This document shows, piece by piece, positions 37,214 through 46,744 of a stretch of 64,000 nucleotides of DNA. The stretch is from positions 248,001 through 312,000 of IMG/VR virus record IMGVR_UViG_3300049793_000366; one strand, given 5' to 3'. Below the pieces are notes generated by a model. That model was given only the letters and a program-made list of their open reading frames with translations. It had not been told where the DNA came from and did no database searches. The position numbers and the translations under genes are program-made. Position 1 is the first letter of the stretch; the number at the start of each line of letters is the position of its first letter.

Positions 37214-38374
37214 ATGATTATTAACTTAAAATCAAAAACAGATTTATCTGGTATCTACGTTGTTTACACTGGGTCTACAAACTTAGAAAAAGCAGGATGG
37301 TACGGACTATCACATTTAATGGAGCATTTAATGTGTAAAACTTTCGACCATTTACAAGAAGAATTTGACCAAGACGGTATCGACTGGAATGCTTGGACAT
37401 CTGACAACGAGATTGTATTTTATCTAACTGGTTTAGATAAGAAAATCGAGAAGTGGAAATATAAATTTGTAGAGTTACTTGGTAACTTCACAATTACTGA
37501 TGAACAGCTTCAAAACGAAAAGCGAATTGTACTTGAAGAGTATATGGATTCGTTTAACGGTCAAGCTGAAGCACACTTTCAGAATCTATCAAGAAAAAAG
37601 TTCGGTCACTACTCACCAATTGGTTTGAGAAAAGACATCGAGAACACAACTCTTAAAGACTGTAAAGACTTCTTCGACTTACAGTATGCTAAGCCAACTA
37701 AAATTATCAATGTATCAGCTAAATCTAAATTTGATGCTGATGTAGAGTTTTCAACAACTGAAATAGCACCAGATTATAAATTCGGTGATTATGATGTAGA
37801 ACTTGAGTTAAATAACGACTTCAAAGACAAAACATCAATTATCATGTTAACACCATTAATCGAAGAAGACTTCGCTTATGTTAACATCATCACTGCTATG
37901 TTGGGTTATGGTTTGAACTCACCTTTATATCAAGAAGTTCGTGAGAACAGAGGATTGTGTTATTACATATCAACTTATCAATCAAGAATGTTTGATAAAG
38001 GTATCGTTAGTATCTCAACAGTAACATCTAATGCAAATGCTCAAGCTGTTATTGACACGGTTAAAATGGTATTAGCAGATCCGGATAAATATTTGACAAA
38101 AGAAAGGTTGAATACGATTATCGAGAACATGAAAGTTCGTAAGAAGAAATCAAAAATCAATCGTTATAACAATGTTTATAAATGGATTGGACCGAGTGAG
38201 TGGTCAAATGATGATATAATTGATACCATCAAATTAAAAGACATCAAGAAAGTATATAAAAAATACTTCAACCCTGATATGTTATACATATCAAATGATA
38301 AAACCGAATTCACTACACCAAAAGAATCAAAAGCTAAAAAGGCACCAGCTAAAAAAGTTAAAAGTGCCCAATAG
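37214..38374 (+). CDS. M16 (insulinase) zinc peptidase
   Basis: HLMEH, NAWT, EKRIVLEE, SPLYQEVRENRGLCY. Confidence 0.9.
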   Translation: MIINLKSKTDLSGIYVVYTGSTNLEKAGWYGLSHLMEHLMCKTFDHLQEEFDQDGIDWNAWTSDNEIVFYLTGLDKKIEKWKYKFVELLGNFTITDEQLQNEKRIVLEEYMDSFNGQAEAHFQNLSRKKFGHYSPIGLRKDIENTTLKDCKDFFDLQYAKPTKIINVSAKSKFDADVEFSTTEIAPDYKFGDYDVELELNNDFKDKTSIIMLTPLIEEDFAYVNIITAMLGYGLNSPLYQEVRENRGLCYYISTYQSRMFDKGIVSISTVTSNANAQAVIDTVKMVLADPDKYLTKERLNTIIENMKVRKKKSKINRYNNVYKWIGPSEWSNDDIIDTIKLKDIKKVYKKYFNPDMLYISNDKTEFTTPKESKAKKAPAKKVKSAQ

Positions 38375-38594
38375 TTTTAACTACTCATACACCGCGTGTA
38401 AATGTGGTACAGTACCAGTAAAGGGCGATATATTTAGGTATATATCGCCCTATGGTTCTGAGTATGAAGCAACAGTAAAATCAATAGAGGGTTCTAGTAT
38501 TGTATCTGAAAAGGGTATTAAATATGCTTGTAGTGAGGTAATAATTATTACCAAAATAAAAGAAAGGCAAAAAAAGTTGGACAAATTGTTATAA
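38364..38594 (+). CDS. Small SH3/KOW-like protein with C-terminal R-tag (ERQKKLDKLL)
   Basis: Probable GTG start at 38364; motif. Confidence 0.6.
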   Translation: MPNSFNYSYTACKCGTVPVKGDIFRYISPYGSEYEATVKSIEGSSIVSEKGIKYACSEVIIITKIKERQKKLDKLL

Positions 38595-38607
38595 TGTCCT
38601 ATATTTG
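38576..38607 (+). promoter_or_regulatory. Early promoter GTTG-N20-TATATTTG
   Basis: Consensus boxes, 20 nt spacer. Confidence 0.75.
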
Positions 38608-38610
38608 CAT

Positions 38611-38889
38611 ATGAATCCGAGTGAACTTTGGTTATTAAAACAAACCATTAAAAACGGCACATATAAATTTAAGGTTGGTGACGTAGTTGTTGTTTCACAT
38701 AGAAACAATAAAGGTTATCCTAAAAAACTGCACGATGATGTTGACTATAAAATAGTAGCAATTGAAGGTGAGTCAGTGAGCCTTGTGAGTGACGGCTTGG
38801 ATAAGTATAATGCTATTAAAGTAAATAGATACTACGTTATGCCAAAAGGTATAATACGTGATATAAAACTTGATTTAATATTTAAATAA
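38611..38889 (+). CDS. Small SH3/KOW-like protein with C-terminal R-tag (IRDIKLDLIF)
   Basis: FKVGDVVVV; motif. Confidence 0.7.
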   Translation: MNPSELWLLKQTIKNGTYKFKVGDVVVVSHRNNKGYPKKLHDDVDYKIVAIEGESVSLVSDGLDKYNAIKVNRYYVMPKGIIRDIKLDLIFK

Positions 38890-38891
38890 TT

Positions 38892-39323
38892 ATGAATACA
38901 ATTGACTCCTTTGACGGAGAATATAGATTTTTATCAAACTTCTGGCCATGTGTGGTTGTTTATGATGGTATTACATATCCATCTACTGAACATTATTATG
39001 TAGCAATGAAAACCACTGACCCTTCATTAAGAAAGCAAGCTTCTCTTGTGTCAACTTCTGGTCAAGTTAAAAAGTTCGGAAGAACTCTTGAGTTACGTCC
39101 TGATTGGGATGATGTTAAACTTCAAGTAATGGAATATGCCTTAAAACAAAAATTTGCTGACCCTGAATTACGTGCTAAACTAATAGCAACTGGTGACGCT
39201 GAATTAATTGAAGGCAATTGGTGGGGTGATGTATTCTGGGGCGTTTGTAAAGGTAAAGGTGAGAATCACCTTGGTCGTTTATTAATGAAACTTAGAAAAG
39301 AAATTACTTCAAATTCTCAATAG
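38892..39323 (+). CDS. NADAR (YbiA-like) family protein
   Basis: FLSNF, STEHYY.A.K, KKFGR, L.QKF, LIEGN.WGD.FWG, GENHLG.LLM. Confidence 0.92.
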   Translation: MNTIDSFDGEYRFLSNFWPCVVVYDGITYPSTEHYYVAMKTTDPSLRKQASLVSTSGQVKKFGRTLELRPDWDDVKLQVMEYALKQKFADPELRAKLIATGDAELIEGNWWGDVFWGVCKGKGENHLGRLLMKLRKEITSNSQ

Positions 39324-40047
39324 CAAAGTTATAGTGTTCTTCTTTTAGTTCACTACCTATATAATCTCTACCCATCTTAATACAACCTTTAGCTGTTGTT
39401 CCAGAACCCATAAATGGGTCATATATTAATGAACCTACTGGGAAGTAAACATCAATTAACTGACAAACTAAATCTGTTGAATATAGAGCTTTCAATGGTG
39501 CCTTATTTTGGTCATTGTTTGGTGCTTCAATATAATTAAGATAGTTTTTATAGAACTTCTGTTTAGTCTTTTCGTTTATTTTAGAGATAGTCTTATTAGC
39601 AGTGAAATTAGTAAGATGTTTCTTCTGAACAAAAACATACACTGGTTCAACTATTCTGGATAGCTTAGTTGGGCTTGTTTGAAATGGAATTGCATTCGAT
39701 TTCTTCCAGTAAATAATATCTGCTAATGTAAGATCCGTTTCTTGGTGAACCTTTGCTACTAATAGATTAGGTAGTACCGGATTTTCGTGTGTATATGAAA
39801 GATTATATAATACAACTCCGGTATCTTTCACTACTCTCTGAAACTCTTTAAACTCACTTAATCTAACAGATAGATATTCCTCTTCGGTTAGATTATCGAA
39901 CTCAGCATATCCCGTATTATAATACATATCACTACGAGTGGTTGATATATTATAAGGCGGTGAACAAATGACACCATCGATGAAATTATCGGGCATTTTG
40001 TTCATAGTATTTAAACAATTCTCGTGGAATATGTTGTTTCTAAGCAT
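39304..40047 (-). CDS. DNA amino-methyltransferase (beta class, SPPY, probably N4-cytosine)
   Basis: CSPPY before DPFMGSGTT. Confidence 0.9.
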   Translation of the reverse strand: MLRNNIFHENCLNTMNKMPDNFIDGVICSPPYNISTTRSDMYYNTGYAEFDNLTEEEYLSVRLSEFKEFQRVVKDTGVVLYNLSYTHENPVLPNLLVAKVHQETDLTLADIIYWKKSNAIPFQTSPTKLSRIVEPVYVFVQKKHLTNFTANKTISKINEKTKQKFYKNYLNYIEAPNNDQNKAPLKALYSTDLVCQLIDVYFPVGSLIYDPFMGSGTTAKGCIKMGRDYIGSELKEEHYNFAIENLK

Positions 40048-40053
40048 ATTAAC

Positions 40054-40118
40054 TTATATGTTAAAAACGAAGTTGGTTGATAACTTTGCTTAAACTTTTT
40101 CAGTGATATCAGATACAA
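40054..40118. promoter_or_regulatory. Divergent middle promoters
   Basis: CAAC-N15-CATATAA on minus (40054-40079); AAAC-N16-GATACAA on plus (40092-40118). Confidence 0.55.
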
Positions 40119-40123
40119 CTTCA

Positions 40124-40387
40124 ATGAAAGTTATGTGTATTCAAAACAATTTGGATAATAAACCAGTGAAAAATATCACTGTTGGTAAAGTTTATGTAGC
40201 TCAGGATGTGACAGATATGAAAAAACAATTTGCACATCAATCAGAAAGTCCGTATATTTTCAATATTCCTGATAAGGACGTATATCAGATACCAGATGAT
40301 GCTGGTGGTAGATATAGTCTTTATGATATTAGGTTATTTAAACCGATATCAGAAATAAGGTATGAAAAACTAAATTTGTTGTTATGA
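40124..40387 (+). CDS. Small SH3-like protein with C-terminal R-tag (IRYEKLNLLL)
   Basis: MKVMCI...ITVGKVY; motif. Confidence 0.7.
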   Translation: MKVMCIQNNLDNKPVKNITVGKVYVAQDVTDMKKQFAHQSESPYIFNIPDKDVYQIPDDAGGRYSLYDIRLFKPISEIRYEKLNLLL

Positions 40388-40950
40388 GTAATGAAGAAAT
40401 ACAAGCAATTTTAAATAAGTGGTCTATTAAAATGACCATCGAAGATATTATTAAATGTTGGTCTGAATCACATAGACACTTTCATACAACCAAGCATTTA
40501 TATGATTTAATTGACAAAATAAATCAACGAAAAAACTCTATATCAGTAAACGATTATGAGAAGCTTATTATAGTTGCTTTATTCCACGACATAGTTTATG
40601 ACCCTAAATCACCAACAAATGAAGAAGACTCAGCCAGAGTGTTTATCAATTCTTTAACTAAAGAAGATGCTGGTACTAAAGAAATATATCAAGCTATTCT
40701 TGATACAAAGACACACGAAGCAAATACATTCATATCAAAAATATTCTGTTCACTTGATATGTCAGTAATCGAGGGTAATTTCAATGATTTACTTGAGTGG
40801 GAAAAAGGAATATGGGGTGAGTATCAAATATTTGGTAAAGAAGCCTATAAAATGGGTAGATTGAAATTTCTAAATACTTTACCAGCCGAATATCCGCAAA
40901 ATGCTGATAATTTAAATAAGCTCATTAAATGGGTTGAAGAGAATTATTAA
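40384..40950 (+). CDS. HD-superfamily metal-dependent phosphohydrolase
   Basis: RHFHT..H, ALFHDIVYDP, NEEDSA. Confidence 0.85.
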   Translation: MSNEEIQAILNKWSIKMTIEDIIKCWSESHRHFHTTKHLYDLIDKINQRKNSISVNDYEKLIIVALFHDIVYDPKSPTNEEDSARVFINSLTKEDAGTKEIYQAILDTKTHEANTFISKIFCSLDMSVIEGNFNDLLEWEKGIWGEYQIFGKEAYKMGRLKFLNTLPAEYPQNADNLNKLIKWVEENY

Positions 40951-41552
40951 TTCTGATTCGCTTGGTCTAATTCCTTAGATAATGGTGTGTTAAGAAAGCT
41001 ACCTAAACCTAAATCAGTTAATACATCTTTAAGTGTGATATCAATTACACCGTTTATCAATTCTTCGAACGGTAAATCTTCATACACTTCAATTACTGCC
41101 TTAGTTTCATCATATTCATTTGGATTAGAACCTTTGATTATGACTAAATTTTCTTCGGTCATTTCTAAGTCGTATCTTCTGTATAATATCGTAGATAAGA
41201 AAGAGCCTTTTGCTTCTTTCTCAATCGAAAGAACAACAAGCCAAATACCATCAGAGAAATAGTATTTAAATATACCATTTTCATCTTTACCAGCACCACA
41301 AGCTTTTGGGTTATTAGATATCAAGCATTGTTCTAAGAATGTATGGAAGTGTGCTAATTTATCGTGAAATATAACAAATTGAGAATCGGTATCGATGCCA
41401 GTTGGAGTTGATGCTAATTGTTTGAAGTCTATCAATCCCTGTAAGATTGGAATTTCCATTCTGGATTTTATATCATCAGTGTCAAACAATTCGTTAAACT
41501 TCTTTAATCTACTATTCAATCCAAAGGATTGTCTACTATTTAATCTTGACAT
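40947..41552 (-). CDS. Late hypothetical protein (RLKKFNELF near N-terminus)
   Basis: Late motif at 41573-41580. Confidence 0.65.
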   Translation of the reverse strand: MSRLNSRQSFGLNSRLKKFNELFDTDDIKSRMEIPILQGLIDFKQLASTPTGIDTDSQFVIFHDKLAHFHTFLEQCLISNNPKACGAGKDENGIFKYYFSDGIWLVVLSIEKEAKGSFLSTILYRRYDLEMTEENLVIIKGSNPNEYDETKAVIEVYEDLPFEELINGVIDITLKDVLTDLGLGSFLNTPLSKELDQANQN

Positions 41553-41578
41553 CGAATATACCTATTTTTAAGTATATA

Positions 41579-42316
41579 TTAATAGTTCATTATAAGAATT
41601 TCGTCACGAGTACCCTTTCTGGTATGCCATTCCCATCTATAAGAATCAGTAGGATATAGTTCTTCTAACATTCTGTTATAATAATAGCTTAAACAGAATT
41701 TACCATCAATATTTGATAGAATGTTGCTCAATTCGCGATGTCTCTGTCTATCGAAGTTATGAAAGTGATAATAATTTTCAGTATTGAAATATGGTGGGTC
41801 AACATAGAACAATGTATTCTCCGAATCATATTTATTGATACAATCAATGAAGTCTAATCCTTCTATATCAGAAATGTTTGCTATTTTATCACTAAATCTT
41901 TTCTGATTGATGTGTATCTTATATGCTTGCCAACCGCCAGCTCTGAATGAGCCGCTTAATATAGTTTGTTGTGATAAGCTATTAGCTAAAACATATGCCC
42001 ACCTCATAGCCATTTCGAAATTAGGTGCAGTGAAGATATCTGTTATTTCAGATTGATATTGATAATATAATTTCTCGGATGTTGGTATTTCACTTATGAA
42101 GTCAGCAAATGCTGGGTCTTTCATACACAGAAATAAATTGTAGTTTAGTGGATTGATATCATTATAGACTGCTTTGATATCATTTCTGAATAATGAAAAA
42201 TAAGTGGAGTACATTCCACCAAAAGGTTCAATGAATGTATTCCACGATTCATCAGGGGGTAAGTTTCTAAGTATAAATGGACTTAGTTTAACTTTATTTC
42301 CAATATATGGTAGCAT
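41579..42316 (-). CDS. Dam-like DNA adenine methyltransferase (D12 family)
   Basis: PYIGNK, EPFGG, YND, YVDPPY. Confidence 0.9.
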   Translation of the reverse strand: MLPYIGNKVKLSPFILRNLPPDESWNTFIEPFGGMYSTYFSLFRNDIKAVYNDINPLNYNLFLCMKDPAFADFISEIPTSEKLYYQYQSEITDIFTAPNFEMAMRWAYVLANSLSQQTILSGSFRAGGWQAYKIHINQKRFSDKIANISDIEGLDFIDCINKYDSENTLFYVDPPYFNTENYYHFHNFDRQRHRELSNILSNIDGKFCLSYYYNRMLEELYPTDSYRWEWHTRKGTRDEILIMNY

Positions 42317-43110
42317 TAAATATTAAGTATTAAGTCCGTTTTAACGTATTCGTATTCTTCAAATATCTCACCAAAGTAAGTGATGCACTCTTGTACAAAG
42401 TCTTCGTATTCTACTTCACCTTCAAATATGTTTTCATGTTGAAGCTCGTGAAACACACCTTTTAAATCAATTTTAAATTGTAAAGTTGCCTCATCCTTTT
42501 GTACAAATTGTGATAGTTGCGATATTGCATCATCATCTAAATCTTCTAACATCGGTATATGTTTCCAATAGAACATATCATCAATTCCCTGAAATACTAA
42601 TTTTTTGTATTCTTCAACGCTTGGGAAAACCACTGAGTTTGCTAATTTACCATATTTAGTTTTATGATAACCATACGCATATCTCATAGTTGCTTCTGCT
42701 ACTAAATCATCAGGATTATGACCACCGCCACCACCAAATTCAAATTTGTATTTCTTCTGACCAGTCAGTGACTCACAATACATAAGATATAAATCTACTA
42801 ACCCATTCATTTGACTAATAGGGTGAAGGTCTTCTTCAAACTCTTCATCTATGTCAACATATCTTGTTACATCTTCTTCTGATTCGAATAGTTGAACTAC
42901 GGTTGACTTATCCCAACCCTTAGCTAACATACGTTGTTTGAATAAATTCAAATCTGAGTTTGGATCTCTATTTGTCTTAGCAAGTTCATTACCATATAAT
43001 GATATTTGTGACCCAAACTTCGCACAAACGCTGTATAAATCAATTACAAACTTTTCCAACGTTGGATTAGAGCTTGATTCTTTGTATAGATTGTATTTCT
43101 TTATAATCAT
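42316..43110 (-). CDS. Late acidic protein with capsid-targeting-like N-terminus
   Basis: MIIKKYNLYKES; AATATATA at 43115-43122. Confidence 0.7.
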   Translation of the reverse strand: MIIKKYNLYKESSSNPTLEKFVIDLYSVCAKFGSQISLYGNELAKTNRDPNSDLNLFKQRMLAKGWDKSTVVQLFESEEDVTRYVDIDEEFEEDLHPISQMNGLVDLYLMYCESLTGQKKYKFEFGGGGGHNPDDLVAEATMRYAYGYHKTKYGKLANSVVFPSVEEYKKLVFQGIDDMFYWKHIPMLEDLDDDAISQLSQFVQKDEATLQFKIDLKGVFHELQHENIFEGEVEYEDFVQECITYFGEIFEEYEYVKTDLILNI

Positions 43111-43132
43111 AGTTTATATATTAAAAATTGTC

Positions 43133-44098
43133 TTAAAATTTACGCTCATTTAAATATTTTAAGAAGTTAAAAGACATATCTTCTTTACCGGCAATCATTT
43201 CCCTTGTAATCTTTATCTCTTCTACATTATCCCATGTTAGTCCTTTTTCTATGAAATGTTCAGCCGCATCTTTAGCTACTTTTGATTTAACGGTTTTACA
43301 GGCAATTCCATACATAGCAAAGAATCTTTGTAGAACCTTAGCACATCTTAAACCAGCCTGGTCATCATCCGCCCATATTGTTATGCTTTTTGGGTAATAT
43401 TCTATCACTTTTAGTAACTGTGGACCTGACCACATCGCTGATGATACTGATATTGCTTCTTTACCTTGTTTAATGAGTGCCATCATATCAAATAGACCTT
43501 CACAGATGAAGATTTCATGTGATTTGAGGTTATTTATATTCCAAACCGACAAATCCGGACAAGCTAAACCATATTTTAGCTTACCAATGTCTGATAATTT
43601 ACGAATAGCGCAATTTACAAGCTTATTATTCTCAAATAGTGGAATAAGTATGCCACCACCTTCTAAGCCATCGGATAATATTGGTGCTAAAAGCGGATGA
43701 ACAGTGCAATTAAGTATCTCTAATGCTCTGTGGTCGGTTATATAGCTCATTCCACCAAGTTTGTATGTATCAATCATACTATTATCTATACCACGAGCAT
43801 TTAACCAATTTCTTTCTAAATCTGATATATTTTTATGGGCATCCAATACTAAATCAGTCAAATTGCTTAAATCCAGTGGTTTAACTAAGACATCAGGTGC
43901 GTTCATATCTATTTGACTCTTCTCCACCTCAACCATTCTATCTTCTTGATAGATGTTCTGAACCCATTCTATTTTACTCTCGATATCGTCCAGTAAATCC
44001 CAATTTAAATCACTTGGTACGAAATTCTGTACAACACCTTCTACTGAGCGATTATTGTATAAAATGAAAGCTAATTCATCCGTTTTCCACTTCTTCAT
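43133..44098 (-). CDS. Second Toprim primase-like protein lacking the zinc-binding domain
   Basis: WLNARGI, ILIPL, ICEGLFD, WADDDQAG, KDAAE. Confidence 0.8.
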   Translation of the reverse strand: MKKWKTDELAFILYNNRSVEGVVQNFVPSDLNWDLLDDIESKIEWVQNIYQEDRMVEVEKSQIDMNAPDVLVKPLDLSNLTDLVLDAHKNISDLERNWLNARGIDNSMIDTYKLGGMSYITDHRALEILNCTVHPLLAPILSDGLEGGGILIPLFENNKLVNCAIRKLSDIGKLKYGLACPDLSVWNINNLKSHEIFICEGLFDMMALIKQGKEAISVSSAMWSGPQLLKVIEYYPKSITIWADDDQAGLRCAKVLQRFFAMYGIACKTVKSKVAKDAAEHFIEKGLTWDNVEEIKITREMIAGKEDMSFNFLKYLNERKF

Positions 44099-44116
44099 AG
44101 GTCATGTTATTTTGTA

Positions 44117-44157
44117 TTGTATTTATTTGGATATTCAATGTTCATTTTGTATATTTG
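44117..44157. promoter_or_regulatory. Overlapping divergent middle (minus, GAAC-N16-AATACAA) and early (plus, TTTG-N20-TATATTTG) promoters
   Basis: Motifs at 44117-44143 and 44126-44157. Confidence 0.7.
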
Positions 44158-44179
44158 TGGACTAATCCATAAAATATCT

Positions 44180-44626
44180 ATGAACTACGGGAAAATTGAT
44201 AAGCTTATTGGTAAACACATGAGATCCAACTTCGGAAAAAGTTCCGAAAGACGAGATTATTTTAAAATGGAGCGAGAAGATAAGCGCGGTGGTTTCAAAG
44301 GGTATGGTGAGAAGAATGGCATTATGTATTTAGCCGATGTAATGAATTCTTACTACATCGATGTGAACATAATGCCTAAGGTTGAAGAAAAAGATGCAAC
44401 AGAGGGTACTGTTAAGATGGTATTTCGTGCTGACGATGATGATTTGATAAGAATATACTTTAACTTCAAAGACACGAATGAAATAAATGTAAAATATTTT
44501 ATGGAGCTTGTGTGGGAATATTTACAGATGGAGAAAAGATGGCACAGCAAAGTTCACGAGTTCTCGAATGGAATCTTATCACCGGAATTCTTGAGAAATA
44601 ATCAAATAGAAAATATTTTAAAATGA
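44180..44626 (+). CDS. Early hypothetical protein with C-terminal R-tag (LRNNQIENIL)
   Basis: Start at ATG 44180 after the promoter. Confidence 0.7.
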   Translation: MNYGKIDKLIGKHMRSNFGKSSERRDYFKMEREDKRGGFKGYGEKNGIMYLADVMNSYYIDVNIMPKVEEKDATEGTVKMVFRADDDDLIRIYFNFKDTNEINVKYFMELVWEYLQMEKRWHSKVHEFSNGILSPEFLRNNQIENILK

Positions 44627-45363
44627 GAGCATTATTAGAAAAAAACGAACTTAAAGAATGGATTGATGATTTCGTTTATATGTCGAAGTCTAAATTTATG
44701 GATTTGGGTGTAGAAGTTATTGCTTTCAATGGTGATAACTTAAAAACACTCGAAGCTTTAAACCCATCAAAGAATGATATTCTAATTGGTTCTGTTGAAG
44801 CAACCGAAAGGTTTTTCAATCTGATTGGTGTACCTGTTCCGAATTATATCGGTTATCCTGAGTCTTTAAAGAAATATCTACACCGCAATATTGAAACTAT
44901 GAAGTTCAGTGAACTTGATGGTAAAACATTTCCTTATTTCGTTAAACCGAAGAACGGTGTTAAAGCATTTACTGGCTCACTTGTTCAGAATGAAACACAG
45001 AAGAGTTTTCTTGTTAGTTTCGATAATGTTATTAGTGATACTGAGTTATACGTTAGTGATCCTATCAATTTCATTACTGAATACAGATGCTTTGTGCATA
45101 AGAAAGAACTGAAGGGTATTCAGTATTATTTGGGTGACTTTAAAAAGTTTCCAAGCATAGAAACAATTGAATCTATGATACGCGACTATGATAACTGTAA
45201 TGTATCATATACGCTTGATGTTGGTGTGCTTGAGAACGGTGAAACTGCTTTGGTTGAAGTCAATGATATGTGGGCTATTGGTTCATATGGGTTTGATGCT
45301 AAAACATATGTGAGAATGAGCATTGATAGGTTTGTGGAGATTTATGCTAAAGCCAAAGTATAA
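44623..45363 (+). CDS. ATP-grasp domain protein (DUF4343/R2K-like)
   Basis: FVKP...K.FTG, EYRCFV, YTLDVG, LVEVND. Confidence 0.8.
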   Translation: MRALLEKNELKEWIDDFVYMSKSKFMDLGVEVIAFNGDNLKTLEALNPSKNDILIGSVEATERFFNLIGVPVPNYIGYPESLKKYLHRNIETMKFSELDGKTFPYFVKPKNGVKAFTGSLVQNETQKSFLVSFDNVISDTELYVSDPINFITEYRCFVHKKELKGIQYYLGDFKKFPSIETIESMIRDYDNCNVSYTLDVGVLENGETALVEVNDMWAIGSYGFDAKTYVRMSIDRFVEIYAKAKV

Positions 45364-45661
45364 TATAGGCGACTTCATTGTTAATGACTCTGATGATTGG
45401 GCATCATTCTATCCACACTGTCAGAGATTCAGACAAATAGGACATATCGGTGTTATAATAGATAGAAAAGTAGAAACTAATCCTTTATGTCCACTATATG
45501 GTACTTGGGGTTATTTAATTGCTTTTAATGTTGGTGTGTATTGTAGCAAAGCAGAAAATCAAATTAGAAGAGATAATAGGATTTTAGAATCAAGTAAAAT
45601 AAAACTCGAAGCTATTAAATTAATAGAATTGAGAGAGATAAAATTGAATGAATTATTATGA
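45344..45661 (+). CDS. Small SH3/KOW-like protein with C-terminal R-tag (LREIKLNELL)
   Basis: KYNIGDFI; motif. Confidence 0.65.
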   Translation: MLKPKYNIGDFIVNDSDDWASFYPHCQRFRQIGHIGVIIDRKVETNPLCPLYGTWGYLIAFNVGVYCSKAENQIRRDNRILESSKIKLEAIKLIELREIKLNELL

Positions 45662-46434
45662 AAGATGTTTATGTACTCGGTGACATACATTGTAACTTTG
45701 CAGTTATAGCAAACTGGATTATACAAAATCAAATAACAAACACCATACTTATACAGGTTGGTGATTTTGGTATTGGGTTTTCAAATCTACAAGCAGATGT
45801 TATGAAGAAGCTTGATGATTTGCTTGCTAGTACGAATAATATATTATATGTTATCAGAGGCAACCACGACAATCCATCGTGCTTTGTTTATTCTACTAAC
45901 GTGGTAATATCATTATATGATAGAAATGGTGAAGTAGATTGTAGTGACTTAGAACAAGTCATACGTAATCTTAAACAGATACATTTATTACCAGATTACA
46001 CAGTTCTTGATATCAATGATGAGAAGTGGTTGTTTATTGGTGGTGCTATTTCAATTGATAGAAAGGTAAGAGTGCTTGGTACATCTTATTGGATTGATGA
46101 AAAGTTTATATACGATGAAGAGAAAGTATCTACGTTTGAAAATATAGATAGAGTAATAACACATTCATCACCGGACTTTTGTCCACCAGTTAAACTTACA
46201 CCAATTGTTTATTCTTTCGCGAAGCACGATGGTTCATTGATATCAGAGCTATTATATGAGAGAAAACAATTCACAGCAATGTTTTCTAAGCTACAAGAGA
46301 AAAACAAAATAAAGAGTTGGTACTTCGGTCACTTTCATCAGCATTCACATATCTATCACGGTGTAACTGAGTTTATTGGTTTAGATATAGATGAATTCAA
46401 ACAAGTATTATCTAAGGACGACTATGTACATTAA
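45658..46434 (+). CDS. Calcineurin-like metallophosphoesterase
   Basis: GDIH, GDFG, RGNHD, THS, GHFH. Confidence 0.9.
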   Translation: MKDVYVLGDIHCNFAVIANWIIQNQITNTILIQVGDFGIGFSNLQADVMKKLDDLLASTNNILYVIRGNHDNPSCFVYSTNVVISLYDRNGEVDCSDLEQVIRNLKQIHLLPDYTVLDINDEKWLFIGGAISIDRKVRVLGTSYWIDEKFIYDEEKVSTFENIDRVITHSSPDFCPPVKLTPIVYSFAKHDGSLISELLYERKQFTAMFSKLQEKNKIKSWYFGHFHQHSHIYHGVTEFIGLDIDEFKQVLSKDDYVH

Positions 46435-46744
46435 AGGCAACGCTACATGGAAGTGTAAAATTACAATGTCTTCATCACCAAGAATGGAGAATGCAATATG
46501 GAAACAAGATTTTATAAAAGATAAATGGTACGATGTAGAATATGAGATTCATTCAAATCCTGAAACAGCGAGAATAAATGGTGGTTACAGAAAGATATGG
46601 GTGGTTAATGAGTCTGGTAAAAGAGTTGAGTTTGGTTCTACGCACATTAGGATTATGTTCCATAACGAATACAACAAAACTGATATGAGGGAAAGTCAAA
46701 TTGATAATATTTTAAACGACGATGGACACAGCGAGAATACTTAA
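46424..46744 (+). CDS. Hypothetical protein with C-terminal R-tag (MRESQIDNIL)
   Basis: ORF; motif. Confidence 0.65.
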   Translation: MYIKGNATWKCKITMSSSPRMENAIWKQDFIKDKWYDVEYEIHSNPETARINGGYRKIWVVNESGKRVEFGSTHIRIMFHNEYNKTDMRESQIDNILNDDGHSENT

